From Eledone cirrhosa (taxonomy: Eukaryota): a stretch of DNA of 64,000 nt. The stretch covers positions 22,258,001-22,322,000 of the forward strand of contig OZ024750.1 of NCBI GenBank assembly GCA_964016885.1, read 5' to 3'. Below are positions 58,169-64,000 of this stretch, in pieces (position 1 is the stretch's first letter; every line of letters begins with the position of its first letter). Below the pieces are notes generated by a model. It did no database searches, had not been told where the DNA came from, and worked only from the letters and a program-made list of their open reading frames with translations. Position numbers and translations under genes: made by a program.

Positions 58169-58368
58169 NNNNNNNNNNNNNNNNNNNNNNNNNNNNNNNN
58201 NNNNNNNNNNNNNNNNNNNNNNNNNNNNNNNNNNNNNNNNNNNNNNNNNNNNNNNNNNNNNNNNNNNNNNNNNNNNNNNNNNNNNNNNNNNNNNNNNNNN
58301 NNNNNNNNNNNNNNNNNNNNNNNNNNNNNNNNNNNNNNNNNNNNNNNNNNNNNNNNNNNNNNNNNNNN
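58169..58368. other. Assembly gap (200 N)
   Basis: Run of N; exon phases on either side are consistent, so no constitutive coding exon appears to be lost. Confidence 0.99.
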
Positions 58369-59222
58369 CAAAATGTATTGTACATGTGTTTATATTTAAA
58401 ATATAAGATAAAATACACTCAGTGCTCCCTGTAAAATGGTTGACAAACAAACTGAAACTATAAGGAAGTTAGGATTGTTGAGTCTTGATAATATTTGTCT
58501 ACTTCTCTAGTGCTGGTGCCACAAAATGCACTCAGTACAATATGTAAAGTGATTGGTGTTAAGAAGGGCTTACAGGCTTAGTAATAAAGACAAAATATAG
58601 AATATATGAGAATGACATGTTTATCCAATCCATCTTGTCTCATATCATGATGACCTATCCAACCCATACCAACAAGGAAAATAGACATTTGATAAAGATG
58701 ATGAATGTATTCATAGTTGTTTCTGATGTTTTAGAACCTTTGATACAAAGGTCAAGTTGTTCTCTTAGGTGGGCATGAATTCTCTCTAAAATAATTGATA
58801 GTTTTAACACAATAAATACAGTATGATGCCAAGAAGAATCACAAGGACTCTTAAGTTGTGTCAAGGGCACAACAATCTCTCTAGTGTTGGTGACACAATA
58901 AAACACACCCAGTACTTTGAGAAATTGTTGGTGATAGGAAGGGTATCCAGCAATAGAAAATTCATCAAAGGATAAAGACTCTCCAGCTGTGTCAAGGAGA
59001 TGACAACTTAATTAGTATTGGTGAAACAATCAAATACAGTGGTGGTGAGAATGGTGATGACGGTGGTGGTGGTGATTGTGATGATGATGGTGGTGGTAGT
59101 GATGGTTATGGTGATGATGATAATGATAATATTGGTACTAATGGTGGTGATGATGATGATAATGAATGTAAAACCCCTTAAATACAATTGTATAAACGAT
59201 GAGATGTATATATTTTACTTAC

Positions 59223-59321
59223 TCTTTGATATGGTCTTCATTTAAAGCAATCATACAGTCATTTTCTTCATTCACATCAAGATATTCTACCAGACCTTCT
59301 TTCAGGAAATCTTCAAAACTC
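59223..59321 (-). CDS. POLR3B: POLR3B exon 4/17
   Basis: cag|G AGT...AAA GA|gtaagt; [32 protein letters not shown]; 99 nt. Confidence 0.95.
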
Positions 59322-59862
59322 CTGTAAATATGGGAATAATATACAGAATTTTAACCCTTTTAATATGAAACTGCCTGAAACAACAATAAAAAGCTGTATA
59401 TTTTTAAGTGTTTGTATTTAAAAATCTTCCATAATTTTATTTAAGAAACCTTGTTAAGTTATGCTCCAAATACTATCTTAATAACAACAAAGTTACTTAT
59501 ATTACTAACTACTTCCAGATTCTTGATTTGAAAATTTGAAAACTTTGAAGATTTGAAAATTTTAAATATGCTAATGAAAGGGTTACCATTTCTGTAAAAA
59601 CTTCTGTGAAATGTTTTAAACTTTACAATATTTTAATGTTAAAACTTCAATAAAAATAGAATTTTACTTGCTTCAAAGATATTTTTAGACAACAGATTAA
59701 AGAAAAAATAAAATGCTGATGGGGAATACATGCTTGTTTTCATCCAGTACACTCTGTAAAGTGGTTGGTGAGGACGATTTTAATTTAACCCTTTAACATT
59801 TACATTATTCTATATTTACTATTGTATTTTCACAGTGTATATTATAATAAACCAATATTTAC

Positions 59863-59937
59863 CGAAAACCTTGAGAAAGTTCTTCAATATGTTTATTGGT
59901 AACAAGAGGGATGTTTTGCTTCACAATAATGTAAGGT
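59863..59937 (-). CDS. POLR3B: POLR3B exon 3/17
   Basis: cag|A CCT...TTT CG|gtaaa; [25 protein letters not shown]; 75 nt. Confidence 0.93.
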
Positions 59938-60032
59938 CTGCAAAAATAGAAATCAATTAGATCAATTTTAACCCGCAGCACACTGTCGGCGACAAATTGC
60001 AACAAGAGAGTATTCTCCCCTTAATACATAAT

Positions 60033-60211
60033 TGTTTCTACTTTAGGCACAAGGCCAGTAATTACCCAGTGCATTACTGGTACTTTATTTTATCGACCCC
60101 GTAAGGATGAAAGGCAAAGTCAACCTCGGCGGGATTTGAACTCAGATCGTAAAGGGACGTAACTATGCTGGAAAGCATGGCGTCCGACCCTCTACCGATA
60201 CTGCCAATCCA
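60033..60211 (-). mobile_element. tRNA-derived SINE family B with 18-bp TSD; many other copies (e.g. ~4410-4625, 35600-35790, 44070-44170, 50020-50185, 51185-51375)
   Basis: B box GAGTTCAAATC and core GCCTTTCATCCTTACGGGGTCGATAAAATAAAGTACCAG; TSD CTCCCCTTAATACATAAT at 60015-60032 and 60212-60229. Confidence 0.88.
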
Positions 60212-61212
60212 CTCCCCTTAATACATAATGCAGTGTCAAGGGAAGCAATTCATTAAAAAAATTCAGCATCCTAAAGATTAAAATAAACCAAACTGGAGTT
60301 AAATTCAGAGTCTGTCAAAATTCACTATCATCATCATCACTATTATTATTAAACAGCATAAGAGCAGTGGACTGGCAAGGTTGTTAGAGCATTGGACAAA
60401 TGCACAGCAATATTTGTTCTGGCTCTTTACATTACATGTTCAAATCCCACCAGGGTCAACTTTGCCTTTCATCCTTCGAGGTTGATAAAATAAAGCACCA
60501 GTCAAGTACAGGGGTCAATTTTTTATCAACTCCTCACAAAAAATGACTGGCCTAGTGTCTAAAGTAGAAATGTGTTACGACAGGTTGTTATGGTTCAAGT
60601 TAATTCTTATTAGGAGTTACTGACCCATCCGTTTCACTTTTTGGCATGATTTCTATGGTTAACTATGGGAGTATACATGGTGGAGCTGAAATCTCTCTCG
60701 TGCTTGGTTGGCAAGCCACAGCGGGATTTAAGCTCACAGTACAAAGTGCTGGAGGTTGTTATAGTTTGTTTGAATAATTGTGTTTTGTTAAAATGGGACA
60801 TTAAATGTTAAAAATAATGATAACAAAGATATTGAAATGTTAACTTGTCTAATATTCCTTAATATTTCAGGATAAAATCCCTTCATCAAAAGAAGAATCA
60901 AGGAAATTAATTCAGAGCACAATATCATGCGTCATTCTTATACATTCCAACATCTTTTTAACATTTAATATCCCATTTGCTTTGCTGTATCCTCCTAATA
61001 GAATACACTATTTTCTAAGTAGAAGTTATATATACAACAGTGAGTACACAGATGTTATCTAAATTGAATTTGTGATTGTAAAAAGGCAACTAAAACAGTT
61101 GGTATCAGGAAAAGCATCTGGCCATAAAACATTGTTCCAAAAAAGTCCTCTCTAACTCATGCCATCATAGAAAAATGAACATAAAAATGATGATGATGAT
61201 GAAAATACTCAC

Positions 61213-61366
61213 CTACACAATCTTCCTCCATCTGTTGCAATATAGACACACCTGTGTTTATGATTGGGGTAGACAGAAACAAATTCACTGATGTAGCCAG
61301 CTCGTCTCATTAGACGGAACGTGTTGATAAGGCGACGGTAATCTCGAATAACACCAAGTATGTTAC
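61213..61366 (-). CDS. POLR3B: POLR3B exon 2/17
   Basis: tag|GT AAC...TGT AG|gtgagt; [52 protein letters not shown]; 154 nt. Confidence 0.95.
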
Positions 61367-62944
61367 CTAAACAATATATAAAACCATAAGATTTTATAAA
61401 GTGGGTATACTAGGTATGTTTTCTGAATAAAATATGAAGCCATAAGAATATACAAGTTTGATATTGAACTGTACCTATCATCAACATTATTTAACATCTG
61501 CTTTCCCTCCTAGCGAGGGTTGGACGGGTCTACATCAACCAAATCAGTACTAAAGAGGGGCTACTGAGCACCCCCACCAGGCAAGCCAGGGATGTCTGTA
61601 TCTCTCTTACGTACTGTCTCACATTCTACTGAGTGCACAGAGAGGTTGTCATATCTTTAACACAACTGAAAGGTCCTTCCAACCCTTTGTTTGACAAGCT
61701 TTCTGAATGCCCTTCTTATCACCAACTATTTTACAGTGTGTACTAGCCGTGTTTATTGTGAAGATCACCAACATTAGTGAGGCTGTCATGTCCTTCACAT
61801 AACTGAAGAGTCCTCCCAACCCATTGTTTGACAAGCTTTCTATGGTTGGATGCCCTTCCTATCACCTAGTGTTTAGTTGCTGTAGTTGTTGCTTAACCCC
61901 AAGTCAGACTTGAAATGAGCAGACCTATGATCAAGTGTTCAAACATTGATAAACCAATCTTTTTAAACGGTATAATATAACTAGGACTACATTATTCAAT
62001 CTCTGCCTCAGTAAGGAAATTTGACTGCTATTTCTAGGAGTTTGAGCAACTGCATAGCAGTTCGTCCCAGTTTATAGTTGATTGGCAGTGCCTGTGACCC
62101 TTTTCAAGGCCTTTGAGACTGATGGGAGAGAGGAAAGTATCCTCAAACAAGACACCTGATCCAAATATTTACTACAGAGTGAACTCCAAATAAACAAGGA
62201 TCAAGTGGTGGTGTTAAACTCAGCAACGGATTAAATCGACAACACAAGTCAACCACGGTTGGATTTGAACTCAGAATGCAAAGAGCCAGAATAAATCCTG
62301 GAATGAATCTTGTCTGACATTCTAACAATTTCACCAATCCACCATCACTCTGGATTGGTGCTTTATATTTACTGACCTCGAAGAGATGAAAAGTAAAGTT
62401 GATCTCAGCAGCATTTGAGCTCAGAGCACAGAGATTCAAAACAAATACTACAAGTTACCTCATCCAATGCTCTAGCAATACTGCCAATCCACCAGCCTTG
62501 GTAACGCTCTCCCAGATTTACGGAATACATAAGGCCCTTCGCCACAACAAGGCCAGACCCAGGAGGAGGACTGGACTGGACTGGTATTTTTTATTATTAT
62601 TTTGATACAAGACATTTTATTCAAAACTCTAACAATTCTATCCAATCCACCACCCTCAACTGGGATGTTATGCAATCATCCCCGAAAGGCTGAGAAGTAA
62701 AGTTAACCTCAGTAGAATTTGAAGTCAGAATACAGAGAGAATTAGTACAAATACCACAGGACACTTTGTCCTACACTTAAACAATTCTGCCAATTAATCA
62801 CCTATTTTCTTCATACCAGATCAAGATCATGGAGAAGAAAATAAACAAGTTGGTAATATTTGATAGATACAAAAACACAAAAGGGAGAGGAATATGAAAA
62901 AATCGGTATAAAAAAAGAAAAAAAAACATTTTTTAAATTCTCAC

Positions 62945-63107
62945 CATTTAGAAAAACCAGGTAGACTAAATAACTGGACATTTCTTCACCACTAAGAAGT
63001 TGGATATCTTCGACTCCAAGATTAAAAGCAAGGCGTATGATGGGAGCTTCATTTAAATCTGTTGTTACATGAGTCATGAGAGCAAGATTTTTCACCAATC
63101 CACATGA
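62945..63107 (-). CDS. POLR3B: POLR3B exon 1 of 17 in window (gene continues beyond right edge)
   Basis: cag|TCA TGT GGA...CTA AAT G|gtgag; translates [54 protein letters not shown], matching RPC2; 163 nt. Confidence 0.95.
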
Positions 63108-64000
63108 CTGAAAAGAAATATTAATGTTGTAATCATCTTATAAGTTACAACCTATCTTTTTAATAATAATCATCATCATCACTGTTTTATGTCCATTCCC
63201 CATGGTGTGGGTTGAACAAGTTGTCACATTCTCGGACTAGATACATCAAATAACCACATCTTACACCTACAATCTCTTCATTTTCTATGCCAACTTGAAG
63301 TATGCAAATTTGCTTTAACGCCTCTTGAAAAAATATTATTAAATATTTACTTAGCACAAATAATGCGCTATAAAACGTGGCTTTTAATTTTTTTTATTTA
63401 TCAGAAATTTAGACTTGAACTGCGCGAATTTGCTTTACACGCCGCGTTCACGAATGCATCTTCTCGTAAAAAACGAACATTTTGACACCAATTCTACAGC
63501 TGGATACTCTTTTAACACCAACCACATTACAGCAAATATTAGGTGCATTTTATCATGGCTCTAAAACTACCACTTTACAGCATATACTTGGTGGAATAGG
63601 TTTCATTTTATTCTGACACTAGCACTACCACCTTATAGTTGGAGTATTTGTGACACCAGCAATAAGAGTTATACATAAACTTGTCTCATGCTTTATAATC
63701 AAGTTTTATAACATTTATGATTATTAAATGTCCAAATATTTTGGAGGAGTTGTTTGTTGTTAATTAAATATAAATGTGATACAGTACTACAGAATATTTC
63801 TATGGATTTTAGCCATCACTGTACTCAGTCACTGATAATGTCTCAATACATGATTGAAACTAGTCATGAAGACATTGTATCTACAGACAAGGTGTTTACA
63901 TCTGTCTATACATGGACATTAAATGATAATGATGATTCAGTGTAGGCATATATTCTATAGAACTGTATAGTATAAGTTGTACAGTGTATATATATTTTCT

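Overview
Repeat-rich animal genomic DNA; the microsatellite, SINE and RTE landscape suggests an octopod cephalopod, which is an inference. The only host gene is the 3' half of POLR3B (RPC2, second-largest subunit of RNA polymerase III) on the minus strand. I traced 17 coding exons by hand from 63107 down to the TGA at 11578-11580, giving 1947 nt and 648 aa. All introns are GT-AG with consistent phases, and one exon is an 18-nt microexon (GICPDI). The introns hold a 5'-truncated RTE-type LINE whose 684-aa RT ORF is still open and carries a PHD-like finger, two tRNA-derived SINE families, piggyBac/Tc1/hAT MITEs, several minisatellites and a 200-N gap. The most striking signal is a family of four near-perfect fold-back elements sitting in (TA)n tracts. 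Each carries a minimal type I hammerhead ribozyme motif (CUGANGA...GAAA, palindromic loop III, covarying stem II), present on both strands in three of the four copies, plus a one-sided ~90-nt tail. This is the architecture expected of Penelope-like retroelement ends. Further decayed hammerhead halves from related families are scattered through the window. Almost all other ORFs in the track are low-complexity artefacts.
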